Below are positions 1 to 8,832 of a stretch of 37,149 bases of DNA, in pieces. The stretch lies in NCBI GenBank assembly GCA_902495985.1, contig CABUZF010000001.1, positions 1 to 37,149 on the forward strand. The letters are read 5' to 3'. The notes beneath the pieces are model-generated. The model was not told the DNA's origin and did not search any database. It worked only from the letters and a program-made list of their open reading frames with translations. A program made the translations under genes and the position numbers. The DNA comes from an uncultured Collinsella sp. GTDB lineage: Bacteria; Actinomycetota; Coriobacteriia; Coriobacteriales; Coriobacteriaceae. Positions within the stretch are counted from its first letter, which is position 1. Every line of letters begins with the position of its first letter.

Positions 1-357
1 GTCAAGCCCGAGCTCTCCTACGACCTGGCCGGCTCGCTGTCGCTGATCGGCGTCAACCGCGGCCGCAAGAAGGCGCTCAAGTCCATCCTCAAGTCGTTCC
101 GCGAGAACTACGTGCCCGATCGCACCATGCCCATCGCCATCATGACGGCCGATGCCGAAAAGGATGGTGACTGGCTCGAAGCCGCCATCCGCAAGGAGGA
201 GGGTTGCGCCGACGTCACGATCATTCGCGGCTCCGTGGGTCCCACCATCGGCTCGCACGTGGGCCCCGGCATGGTGGGCTGCGCGTTTTGGGGTAAGAAC
301 CGCGCCGACAAGGCGTCGCTTTCCGACCGTATCGCCCGCCGCGTGCGCGGTCAGTAG
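1..357 (+). CDS. DegV family fatty-acid-binding protein, C-terminal part (5' truncated by window edge)
   Basis: Frame is open from base 1 (VKPELSYDLAGSL...RGRKKALKSI). It ends with the DegV-type motif GPTIGSHVGPG and stops at TAG 355-357. Confidence 0.85.
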   Translation, partial: VKPELSYDLAGSLSLIGVNRGRKKALKSILKSFRENYVPDRTMPIAIMTADAEKDGDWLEAAIRKEEGCADVTIIRGSVGPTIGSHVGPGMVGCAFWGKNRADKASLSDRIARRVRGQ

Positions 358-455
358 GCAAGCGCTGCGTCCGTAATCGCCCTCGACTCACAGCCCAAAC
401 GCTGGCACCGAGTATTCAACCTGGTAACAACACCCAACCCAAAAGGAAAGGTTTC

Positions 456-1535
456 ATGGCAAACAAGCTCTCCGTCGCATTCATTGGCACCGGAATCATG
501 GGTGCCCCCATCGCCGGCCACATTCTGGACGCCGGCTATCCCGTCACGGTCAACAACCGCACCAAGTCCAAGGCGGCGGCGCTTATCGAGCGCGGCGCCG
601 TCTGGGCAGATACGCCGGCCGATGCCGCGGCGAACGCCGATGTCGTCTTTACCATGGTGGGCTATCCCTCCGAGGTCGAGGAACTCTACCTGGCGGGCGA
701 CGGCCTGCTCGCGTGCACTAAGCCCGGTGCGGTCCTGATCGACCTTACCACGAGCTCGCCCGAGCTCGCCCGTGACATTGCCGAGGCCGCCCAGGTCTCC
801 GGTCGCATGGCGTTTGACTGCCCCGTCACCGGCGGCGAGTCGGGTGCTATCGCCGGCACGCTCACGGCTATCGTGGGCGCTACCGAGAACGACATCGCCC
901 CGCTCCGCGACATCCTTGCCACCTTTGCGGCCAACATCCGCTGCTTCGACGGCGCCGGCAAGGGCCAGGCTGCCAAGCTCGCCAACCAGGTGTCGCTGGG
1001 CGCCTGCATGGTCGGCATGGCAGACGCCATGGCATTTGCCGAGTTGAGCGGCCTTGATCTGGAGAAGACCCGCCAGATGATCCTGGGCGGTACCGGCAAG
1101 TCCGGCGCCATGGAGAGCCTGGCTACCAAGGCGCTCGACGGCGACTACAAGCCCGGCTTTATGGTCGAGCACTTCATCAAGGACCTGCGCTTGGCGCTCG
1201 CCTATGCCGACGATCGCGAGCTTGCGCTGCCCGGCGCCGACGTGGCCTTTACGCTCTACGACATGCTCGATGCCATCGGTGGTGCCAAGCTGGGCACCCA
1301 GGCCATCACGGTCCTCTATAAGGAGGAGGCCGACGCCATCGCCGCCGGTCTGGACTGGTCGCAGTATCGTCCCGAAGAGCACGGTGCTCACGAGGACGGC
1401 TGCGGTTGCGGCGAGCACGGCGACGACCATGAGTGCGGTTGCGGCCACCACCATGGCGAGGACCACGAGTGCTGCGGCGGCCACGGCCATGATGATGGCC
1501 ACGAGTGCTGCTGCGGCCACCATCACGGGGAGTAG
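456..1535 (+). CDS. NAD(P)-dependent oxidoreductase, 3-hydroxyisobutyrate/tartronate semialdehyde reductase family, with His/Cys-rich C-terminal tail
   Basis: N-terminal FIGTGIMGAPIA Rossmann motif, DCPVTGG, GQAAKLANQ (catalytic Lys), FIKDL. RBS AAGGAAAGG upstream. Confidence 0.9.
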   Translation: MANKLSVAFIGTGIMGAPIAGHILDAGYPVTVNNRTKSKAAALIERGAVWADTPADAAANADVVFTMVGYPSEVEELYLAGDGLLACTKPGAVLIDLTTSSPELARDIAEAAQVSGRMAFDCPVTGGESGAIAGTLTAIVGATENDIAPLRDILATFAANIRCFDGAGKGQAAKLANQVSLGACMVGMADAMAFAELSGLDLEKTRQMILGGTGKSGAMESLATKALDGDYKPGFMVEHFIKDLRLALAYADDRELALPGADVAFTLYDMLDAIGGAKLGTQAITVLYKEEADAIAAGLDWSQYRPEEHGAHEDGCGCGEHGDDHECGCGHHHGEDHECCGGHGHDDGHECCCGHHHGE

Positions 1536-1540
1536 CGCCC

Positions 1541-1969
1541 ATGAGCTGGACGTTCGTGGTGCTTGCGCTGGTTCTCTTTCTCTTCGCGATCTACATTGGC
1601 TTTTTGTGCGGCCAGTGGGCGTGCGAAAAGCGCGTCATCACCAAGCGCGACTACTGGATTGCCAACTTTGCGGGAGCGGCGGCAGACATCCTGCTGACCT
1701 GGGTGTTCTCGCTGTTCCCGCTGGTGCAGTTTGCGCCGATCGGCTGGCTCGGCGGCTTTATCGCCGGCCTTAAGATGAGCTTTGGCGAGTCCGTCGGTCC
1801 GTGGCGCAAACACGACGAGGTCTTTAACGTTAACAAGGCTCACCGCGCCGCCGCCGACGCGGGCGATGCCGAGGAGCGCCGCCGTGCGCGTCGCAATGGC
1901 GCGGCCGACCGACAGCTCATCTCGGTCACCGATGACAGCAAGGGTGCTGACAAGCACGCTAAGAAATAG
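1541..1969 (+). CDS. Small membrane protein, hypothetical
   Basis: ATG 1541 follows GGGGAG just after the previous stop. About 3 hydrophobic segments, then a charged tail. Confidence 0.75.
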   Translation: MSWTFVVLALVLFLFAIYIGFLCGQWACEKRVITKRDYWIANFAGAAADILLTWVFSLFPLVQFAPIGWLGGFIAGLKMSFGESVGPWRKHDEVFNVNKAHRAAADAGDAEERRRARRNGAADRQLISVTDDSKGADKHAKK

Positions 1970-1984
1970 TAAGAAGAGGTAACT

Positions 1985-2683
1985 ATGGCAGAAAATAAAG
2001 ACGAACAGCTCACCGACGAGGAGCTGGCACAGCTCCAGCTGGCAGAGGAGAATGAGAACGCCGTCGACCGCCTGGTTCAGGAGCTCGGCTGCCCCACGCG
2101 CCGCATCCGTCAGTTTGCCGCCCGCGTGCTGCACCTGCTTGCCGAGCGCGATCCGCAGCGCGTCGTGCCCTGCGTGCCCGCGCTGATCGAGGCACTTGAC
2201 CGCCCCGAGGCTCAGACCCGCTGGGAGGCCCTCGATGCCCTGGCGGCGCTCGCCACCACCTGCCCCGAGCAGCTGGGCGATGCCTTTGAGGGCGCCGAGA
2301 CCGCACTGTTCGACGAGATTTCCTCCACGCTGCGCTATGCCGCCTTCCGCCTGCTGTGCGTGTGGGGCGCCACGAGCGTCGAGCGTTCGCGCGAGGCTTG
2401 GCCCATCCTGGACGAGGCCATCCAGTGCTACCACGGCGACCTCGAGTATCGCGACATGCTCGGTTGCCTGTACGAGTTTGGTCAGGGCGAGATTGACGCC
2501 GAGGTCGCCGAGAAGCTCGCGCTGCGCCTTAAGTTCGATGCCGAGAACGGCAAGGGTAGCTATCTCAAGGCCCGTTCGAGCGAGATTTGCGAAATGCTTG
2601 TTAAACGTTTTGGCCTGGATCTCTCCAAAAAGAAGAAGCGTGCTAGCGTAAAAAAATCTGACGACGCCGAAGACGAGGAGTAA
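1985..2683 (+). CDS. HEAT-repeat (PBS lyase-like) protein
   Basis: Repeating helical motifs (VPALIEALD..E.QTRWEALDALAAL; LRYAAFRLL). RBS GAGGT. Confidence 0.75.
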   Translation: MAENKDEQLTDEELAQLQLAEENENAVDRLVQELGCPTRRIRQFAARVLHLLAERDPQRVVPCVPALIEALDRPEAQTRWEALDALAALATTCPEQLGDAFEGAETALFDEISSTLRYAAFRLLCVWGATSVERSREAWPILDEAIQCYHGDLEYRDMLGCLYEFGQGEIDAEVAEKLALRLKFDAENGKGSYLKARSSEICEMLVKRFGLDLSKKKKRASVKKSDDAEDEE

Positions 2684-2689
2684 CAGATT

Positions 2690-3775
2690 ATGGCGCACGA
2701 TGTAGTCCTGATTCCTGGTGACGGTATCGGTCCCGAGATTACGCAGGCTATGCGCCGCGTGGTCGAGGCCACTGGTGTCCAGATCAACTGGAACGTCCAG
2801 GAGGCCGGTGCCGGCGTCATGGACGAGTTTGGCACGCCGCTGCCCCAACATGTGCTCGATGCGGTCGCCGAGACCAAGGTTGCTATCAAGGGCCCCATCA
2901 CCACGCCGGTCGGCACGGGTTTCCGCAGCGTTAACGTCGCCCTGCGCAAGCATTTTGACCTGTACGCCTGCGTGCGCCCCTGCCTGTCGCAGCCGGGCGA
3001 CGGCTCGCGCTTCCGCGACGTCGACCTGGTTATCGTGCGCGAGAACACCGAGGACCTCTATGCCGGCATCGAGTTCGATGAGGGCGCTGCCGAGGTCGAG
3101 GAGCTCTCGCAGCTCGTCGAGCGCTCGGGCCAGAAGACCTTCGCCGCGGATTCCGCCATCTCAATCAAGCCGATTTCCATCGCCAAGAGCCGCCGCATTG
3201 TGGAGTACGCTTTTGAGTACGCCCGCCGCTGCGGCCGCAAAAAGGTGACGGCCGTGCATAAGGCCAACATCATGAAGGCGACCGATGGCCTGTTCCTGCG
3301 CGTTGCGCGCGAGGTGGCAGCCAACTATCCCGATATCGAGTTCAACGACAAGATTGTCGACGCCACCTGCATGGGCCTGGTCCAGAACCCCAACGACTTC
3401 GATGTCCTGGTGCTGCCCAACCTGTACGGTGACATTGTGAGCGACCTGTGCGCCGGTCTGGTAGGTGGACTGGGTATGGCTCCGGGTTCCAACATCGGTG
3501 CCGACTGCGCCATCTTCGAGGCGACGCACGGCTCCGCGCCCGATATCGCTGGCCAGGATATCGCTAACCCCACGGCCGAGATTCTGTCCGCGGCTATGAT
3601 GCTCGATCACCTGGGCGAGAACGACGCGGCCAATCGTATCCGCGCCGCCGTTTCTGCCACGCTCGACGAGGGTGAGCAGGTTACCGGCGACGTTCGTCGT
3701 GCCCAGACCGGCTCCGTTGAGGGCGCTGTGGGCACGCAGGCCTTTGCCGATGCCGTTATCGCGCACCTGGCCTAA
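2690..3775 (+). CDS. icd: Isocitrate/isopropylmalate dehydrogenase family protein, probably isocitrate dehydrogenase
   Basis: [31 protein letters not shown] (IDH-type), [38 protein letters not shown]. Confidence 0.85.
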   Translation: MAHDVVLIPGDGIGPEITQAMRRVVEATGVQINWNVQEAGAGVMDEFGTPLPQHVLDAVAETKVAIKGPITTPVGTGFRSVNVALRKHFDLYACVRPCLSQPGDGSRFRDVDLVIVRENTEDLYAGIEFDEGAAEVEELSQLVERSGQKTFAADSAISIKPISIAKSRRIVEYAFEYARRCGRKKVTAVHKANIMKATDGLFLRVAREVAANYPDIEFNDKIVDATCMGLVQNPNDFDVLVLPNLYGDIVSDLCAGLVGGLGMAPGSNIGADCAIFEATHGSAPDIAGQDIANPTAEILSAAMMLDHLGENDAANRIRAAVSATLDEGEQVTGDVRRAQTGSVEGAVGTQAFADAVIAHLA

Positions 3776-3901
3776 GGCATGCAGACTGCAAACGCCTAAA
3801 TAGTACTTAAGTGTTTGCGTATAACCTGAGAATCAATACGCCCGGCGCTTTGTCGGGCGTATTCTATTGCGGACTATGTTTCCTAACAAGGAGTAACTGA
3901 T

Positions 3902-4996
3902 ATGGGTCTGATTCAAAAGAAGGACGAGAAGGACGAGATCGACGGCATCCAGATCATCGAGCGCGGCGAAGGCCCCGATGGTGATGAGGAGGAGAAGATC
4001 GATCTGGTCGCCGGTACGTCTGCCGAACATATTGCCGCCGGTACGACGGCCGAGGAGGAGGACGCTCGCCTGGAGGCAAAGATCGCCGCGGACGCCGCCG
4101 ACGAGAACCTCATGCCCGAGGAGCAGGACGAGGACGACGATATCCTGGGTTCCGACGAAGACGACCGCGCATCCAAGCACAAGAAGACGATGATTGCCGC
4201 CTTCGTGGTTGCAGTCGTGATCGCTGCTGTGGTCGGCTTCTTTATCGGCAACGGTGGTTTTGGCGGCAAGGGCGTCGGCTCGGCGACCCTCACCGAGGAC
4301 CAGCTCGATTCGACCGTGGCAAGCTACAGCTACAACGGCAAGAAGAGCGACATCACCGCGCGCGAGGCCATTGAGAGCCAGTACAGCCTCGACACCGTCA
4401 AGGATGGCGATGGCAACTACACCGCTCCCTCTGCCGACGTCATCCTGTCCTACGTGCGCAACAAGATCCTGCTCGACGCTGCCGAGGACGAGGGCATCAC
4501 CGTCTCTTCTAAGGAGATGAAGAAGTACGCCGAGGATTCCATCGGCACTTCGGACTACAAGACCATGGCCACACAGTATGGCGTGTCCAAGGACCAGGCC
4601 AAGCAGATCGTCCGTCAGTCCGCGACGCTGCAGAAGCTCTACAAGAAGAAGGTGGGCGATAGCTCCGCAAGCATGCCGACCGCCCCGACCGAGCCTGCTG
4701 ACGGCAACGAGGAGACCGCGAGCAAGGACTACGCCGATTACATCATCAAACTTGCCGGCGACGAGTGGGATAGCGAAAAGGGCACCTGGAAGGACGCCGA
4801 TAGCACCTACGCTAAGGCCTTCGCTGACGATGCCTTTACGGCTGATAGCGCTACCTACAAGCAGGCCATGACCGCCTATTACACCGCCTACCAGCAGTAC
4901 TCTTCGCAGGCTTCGAGCGCCAGCTCCAAGTGGACCGAGTATGCTAACGGCCTGTATGCCAAGGCCAACATCAGCATCTATGGTCTGTTTGCATAA
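3902..4996 (+). CDS. Membrane-anchored hypothetical protein; extracellular part possibly SurA/PrsA N-terminal-like
   Basis: RBS AAGGAG. Very acidic N-terminus, KHKK followed by one TM helix, then ILLDAAEDEGITVSSKEM resembling SurA_N/PrsA helices. Confidence 0.6.
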   Translation: MGLIQKKDEKDEIDGIQIIERGEGPDGDEEEKIDLVAGTSAEHIAAGTTAEEEDARLEAKIAADAADENLMPEEQDEDDDILGSDEDDRASKHKKTMIAAFVVAVVIAAVVGFFIGNGGFGGKGVGSATLTEDQLDSTVASYSYNGKKSDITAREAIESQYSLDTVKDGDGNYTAPSADVILSYVRNKILLDAAEDEGITVSSKEMKKYAEDSIGTSDYKTMATQYGVSKDQAKQIVRQSATLQKLYKKKVGDSSASMPTAPTEPADGNEETASKDYADYIIKLAGDEWDSEKGTWKDADSTYAKAFADDAFTADSATYKQAMTAYYTAYQQYSSQASSASSKWTEYANGLYAKANISIYGLFA

Positions 4997-5040
4997 AGAT
5001 CTGTCTGAGCCGCCGAGCGCGTAACCGAAATATCTGAATA

Positions 5041-5083
5041 AGCCCGCTAGAACGGATGTTGTTCTAGCGGGCTATTTGCGTTT
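5041..5083. terminator. Intrinsic terminator hairpin between convergent genes
   Basis: AGCCCGCTAGAAC-N7-GTTCTAGCGGGCT perfect 13-bp stem followed by a T-rich run. Confidence 0.75.
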
Positions 5084-5109
5084 AGGCGCTGGTGGCTAAA
5101 TTATGCCTA

Positions 5110-5346
5110 TCAATCTTTAAGTCCAAAAAGGTTATCGGCTTCATCGTCAGGCATATATTCCAGTACATCGCCCGGTTGGCAGTCGAGTGCCCGGCATATC
5201 GCGTCAAGAGTTGAAAAACGTATGGCAGAAACCTTGCCCGTCTTAATGCGTGACATATTGACCTGGGAGATGCCCACGCGTCCCGCAAGCTCTTTGGATG
5301 AGATCTTGCGTTCGGCGAGCATGCGGTCAAGCCGCAGAATAATCAT
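5110..5346 (-). CDS. XRE/Cro-like HTH transcriptional regulator (YozG-like)
   Basis: LDRMLAERKIS..ELA..VGIS..NMSRIKTGK...IRFSTLDAICRALDCQPGD is typical of this family. Confidence 0.9.
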   Translation of the reverse strand: MIILRLDRMLAERKISSKELAGRVGISQVNMSRIKTGKVSAIRFSTLDAICRALDCQPGDVLEYMPDDEADNLFGLKD

Positions 5347-5355
5347 GGATTCCCC

Positions 5356-5994
5356 CTAGAGCAACTCGTCATCTTGTTTTTGCAGGATATACCCGTAGCG
5401 GAAGATGCTGGCAATCAGGCAAATAATCAGGCCCGCAAAGAGCATGGAGGGCTCGAATAACTGGCCGGCGAACGCATCCGTAAAGCTGCCGCCAAATCCT
5501 AAGAGTATCATTCCCGTGATTACGGCACCAAGAAGCCTCACGGCAACGCCGCCGATAAGGAATAAATGTCCTACTCGACGAAGTGTCTGGTTACATTCAA
5601 GGTCAAAGGGCCTGCCTTCCTTTTCAATGTTTAAGAAAAGCCTGCGCACGCTTAGCGCGATGGTAAGCGCGAGGCATGTCATCAAGAGGCTCCCTATGGC
5701 AGTGTGACCATCGTGTGCGACGAGCATAAGTGGGGTCTGCGCATCGGTACCGACGATAGCCAGGCACGGCCCTTCGCCGCCTTGAAGTTCTACGGATTGG
5801 AGACACGACCCTTGGGAGAGGCTAGGCAATACGAGTAGAAGGTCAATCGCAATGACTGCGAGAAGTCCCAGAGCGAGCGCCACGGTGGTGCAGATTGTGG
5901 CCCATTTGCAGATGCGAGTGAGCTTCCTCAGATCGGCTATTGCCTGTTCACGGTCGATGGCTTCATTCGATTTGGATACGTTCCAGCGGATCAT
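5356..5994 (-). CDS. DUF2975 (YoaS-like) membrane protein
   Basis: ATG 5994 after GGAGGAG. Four TM segments, GRPF motif, C-terminus IFRYGYILQKQDDELL. Directly upstream of the YozG-like HTH gene, the usual pairing. Confidence 0.8.
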   Translation of the reverse strand: MIRWNVSKSNEAIDREQAIADLRKLTRICKWATICTTVALALGLLAVIAIDLLLVLPSLSQGSCLQSVELQGGEGPCLAIVGTDAQTPLMLVAHDGHTAIGSLLMTCLALTIALSVRRLFLNIEKEGRPFDLECNQTLRRVGHLFLIGGVAVRLLGAVITGMILLGFGGSFTDAFAGQLFEPSMLFAGLIICLIASIFRYGYILQKQDDELL

Positions 5995-6542
5995 AGCTCC
6001 TCCAACCAATGTCTTGGATGATACTTGTATCTTATATCATATTTAATGATAAACGATAAACAATTACAGATTAGAGTAAGTAATGTTTGTGAGACGAATA
6101 GCGAGAGCTATGGCTCATTTTGGGTGTCGGAGTTTGGCGCGCGGGGGATGAGGACAAATGTCAAAACTTCCCTTGATCGCGCAAGCGCTCCATTGTGTTT
6201 CCCTAATTCATCTGGGAAAACGACTGCAAACGATTGCAAGTAACCGGTGAACGGTCGAAAACTACCGTTCACCGATAATCTCAAAACTGGTTCTAACTGG
6301 TATTAAGTCAAAAAGACCAATTCACATATCTTCACAATGACCTGCAATTTTTCTACACGCTATTTTTAGCCGCCCTGCGTTGTTTAGACACAGGAAAAGA
6401 TCCGATCTTTTGCCAAAGCATTTCGGAACGGTTTCAAAACCGCAGGTAGAAGTGTTAACGACCGGTAAACGGTCGATTTATCACCGTGAGCGGTGCAAAA
6501 ACGTTTTACCGTATGAATCAACGAAAGCGACCTCTTCTGGGG

Positions 6543-6581
6543 TGATATAGTGACAACAACACGTCACGTGGTTACTACCAG
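6543..6581 (+). promoter_or_regulatory. Extended -10 (TGATATAGT) and GntR/HutC-family operator TGGTTACTACCAG for the PTS operon
   Basis: The identical 13-mer at 6569-6581 recurs at 10862-10874 upstream of agaS. It resembles NagR/DasR dre-type palindromes. Confidence 0.65.
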
Positions 6582-6697
6582 TTTAGAAACCACTGGTCTT
6601 CAAAGTACGCTTTCTAAGAAGCTTTAAGGGCGAGCGCCCGCTGGCTTCCGAAAATCATCGGACTCAGATCGTACACACCTTCGGAAGGGAAATTTGA

Positions 6698-7141
6698 ATG
6701 GTTGGCTTTATTCTTACCGGTCATGGACAGTTCGCACCCGGCCTCGCAAGCGCTATCGCTATGGTTGCTGGCGACCAGCCCGCTTTTACCGTCGTTCCTT
6801 TTGAGGGCGACCAGGCTGCTTCCTACGGTGAGGATCTCCGCGCCGCTATTACCGCCATGCGCGAGGAGTGCGATGGCGTGCTCGTCTTTACCGACCTGCT
6901 TGGTGGCACCCCGTTCAACCAGGCGATGATGATTGCCCAGGATGTCGACAACGTCGAGGTTCTGACCGGCACCAACCTTCCCATGGTTATTGAGCTTCTG
7001 TTCCTCCGCGGCAACGCCACGCTCGCCGAGCTTGGCGAGCAGGCCGTGACCGTTGGCCAGACGGGCATCACCGCCCAGACGGTCGCATCCGTTGCCGGCT
7101 CCGACGAAGAGGATATCTTCGGCGACGAGGACGGCATCTAA
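6698..7141 (+). CDS. agaF: PTS mannose-family EIIA, GalNAc-type
   Basis: ILTGHG (phospho-His), TDLLGGTPFN, GTNLPM. Confidence 0.9.
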   Translation: MVGFILTGHGQFAPGLASAIAMVAGDQPAFTVVPFEGDQAASYGEDLRAAITAMREECDGVLVFTDLLGGTPFNQAMMIAQDVDNVEVLTGTNLPMVIELLFLRGNATLAELGEQAVTVGQTGITAQTVASVAGSDEEDIFGDEDGI

Positions 7142-7422
7142 TGGCCGATTTCGGAGCCAACGTCCTGAGCTCCTCGGTCGCCCTTTTAGGCCTGCTTGTC
7201 ATCATGGGCTTGATTTACACCATCTGGTCGCAAATCAACATGAAGAAGAAGCAGAAGTACTTCAAGGAGCTGCACACCGAGCTCAAGCCGGGTCAAGAGG
7301 TTCTTTTCGCCGGCGGTATCTACGGAACCGTCAAAGGCATCGAAGGCGAGAAGGTCCAGATCAAAGTCCGATCCGGAGCCGTCGTAGATGTTTCGCGTTA
7401 CGCGATTCAGGAGATCAAGTAA
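7141..7422 (+). CDS. yajC: YajC-like single-TM protein
   Basis: TM helix followed by LKPGQEVLFAGGIYGTVKGI...VSRYAI. TAATG translational coupling with EIIA. Confidence 0.8.
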   Translation: MADFGANVLSSSVALLGLLVIMGLIYTIWSQINMKKKQKYFKELHTELKPGQEVLFAGGIYGTVKGIEGEKVQIKVRSGAVVDVSRYAIQEIK

Positions 7423-7458
7423 CTGTCGTCAGCAAATAACGAAAGGAAGCTGATCAAC

Positions 7459-7941
7459 ATGGCAGAACCCAACATTCTTCTTACCCGCATCGATAACCGA
7501 CTGGTTCATGGTCAGGTTGCCACCCAGTGGAACTCCACCCTGGGCTCCAACCTCATCCTCGTCGCCAACGACGACGTGGCGTCCAACACCATGCGCCAGA
7601 ACCTCATGAAGATGGCCGCTCCCGCCGGCGTCGCTACGCGTTTCTTCTCTCTGCAGAAGACCATCGACGTCATTGGCAAGGCGAGCCCGCGCCAGAAGAT
7701 CTTCATCGTGGCCGAAACACCGGAAGACGTGCTTACGCTCGTCAAGGGCGGTGTGCCTATAAAGAAGGTAAACATCGGCAACATGCACATGTCGGAAGGA
7801 AAGCGCCAAGTCGCCACCTCCGTCGCAGTTAACGACGAGGATGTCGCTGCGTTTAAAGAGCTGCAGGAATTGGGGGTGGAGTTGGAGATCAGGCGCGTTC
7901 CGAGCACGCCTGTTGAGGACACGAGCAAGCTCTTCTCGTAA
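7459..7941 (+). CDS. agaV: PTS mannose-family EIIB, GalNAc-type
   Basis: LLTRIDNRLVHGQV (phospho-His), VNIGNMH. Confidence 0.92.
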   Translation: MAEPNILLTRIDNRLVHGQVATQWNSTLGSNLILVANDDVASNTMRQNLMKMAAPAGVATRFFSLQKTIDVIGKASPRQKIFIVAETPEDVLTLVKGGVPIKKVNIGNMHMSEGKRQVATSVAVNDEDVAAFKELQELGVELEIRRVPSTPVEDTSKLFS

Positions 7942-8031
7942 TCCTCGTGATCCACGTTGTCAGGAGTGAAACCCTGACGTTCTGTACGTGAAATCCAAAG
8001 TGCGTACATACATTTTGAAAGGAGGAGCAAG

Positions 8032-8832
8032 ATGGAATACTCGATCATCCAGATCGCTCTGGTCTTCGTCGTCACGTTCATCGCGGCAATCGACCAGTTT
8101 GACTTCCTCGAGTCTCTCTATCAGCCCATCGTCACCGGCGCCGTCATCGGTCTTATCCTTGGCGACCTCAACACCGGTCTTCTCGTGGGTGGTACCTATC
8201 AGCTCATGACGATCGGCAACATGCCGATCGGAGGCGCTCAGCCGCCTAACGCAGTCATCGGCGGCATCATGGCAGCCATTCTCGCTATCGCCACGGGCCT
8301 CGAGCCCAACGCGGCAGTCGGTCTCGCCATTCCGTTCGCTCTGCTTGGCCAGCTCGGCGTTACCCTGGTCTTCACGCTTATGTCCCCGCTTATGTCCACG
8401 GCCGATAACATGGCTCACAACGCGGACACCAAGGGCATCGAGCGCCTGAACTACTTCGCCATGGCTCTGCTCGGCCTGATCTTCGCTGTCGTCGTCACCC
8501 TGTTCTTCATCGCTGGCGCTACCATTGGTCAGACCATCGCTTCCGCCATCCCGACTTGGCTGCAGACCGGTCTGTCCGCTGCAGGCGGCATGATGCGCTT
8601 CGTCGGCTTCGCCGTCCTGCTCAAGGTTATGATGAACCGCGATATGTGGGGCTTCTTCCTCATGGGCTTTGGCCTCGCGCTCATCACCGTTGCCAACGAT
8701 TCGCTGGCAACCCCTGCTCTGCTCATCCTCGCTCTCATCGGCTTCGGCATCGCTTTCTGGGACTTCCAGCAGCAGACCGAGCTGAAGGGTGCAGCTGTTT
8801 CTGACGGAGGTGACTTCGAAGATGGCATCTAA
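8032..8832 (+). CDS. agaW: PTS mannose-family EIIC, GalNAc-type
   Basis: QPIVTG..IGLILGD...GL..GGT, IGGAQPPN; multi-TM. RBS AGGAGG. Confidence 0.88.
   Translation: MEYSIIQIALVFVVTFIAAIDQFDFLESLYQPIVTGAVIGLILGDLNTGLLVGGTYQLMTIGNMPIGGAQPPNAVIGGIMAAILAIATGLEPNAAVGLAIPFALLGQLGVTLVFTLMSPLMSTADNMAHNADTKGIERLNYFAMALLGLIFAVVVTLFFIAGATIGQTIASAIPTWLQTGLSAAGGMMRFVGFAVLLKVMMNRDMWGFFLMGFGLALITVANDSLATPALLILALIGFGIAFWDFQQQTELKGAAVSDGGDFEDGI

Noticed and set aside
6025..6243. 72-aa ORF in the 6000-6700 intergenic region
   Set aside because: No RBS or family motif and atypical composition; the region is better explained as divergent promoters with regulatory motifs.
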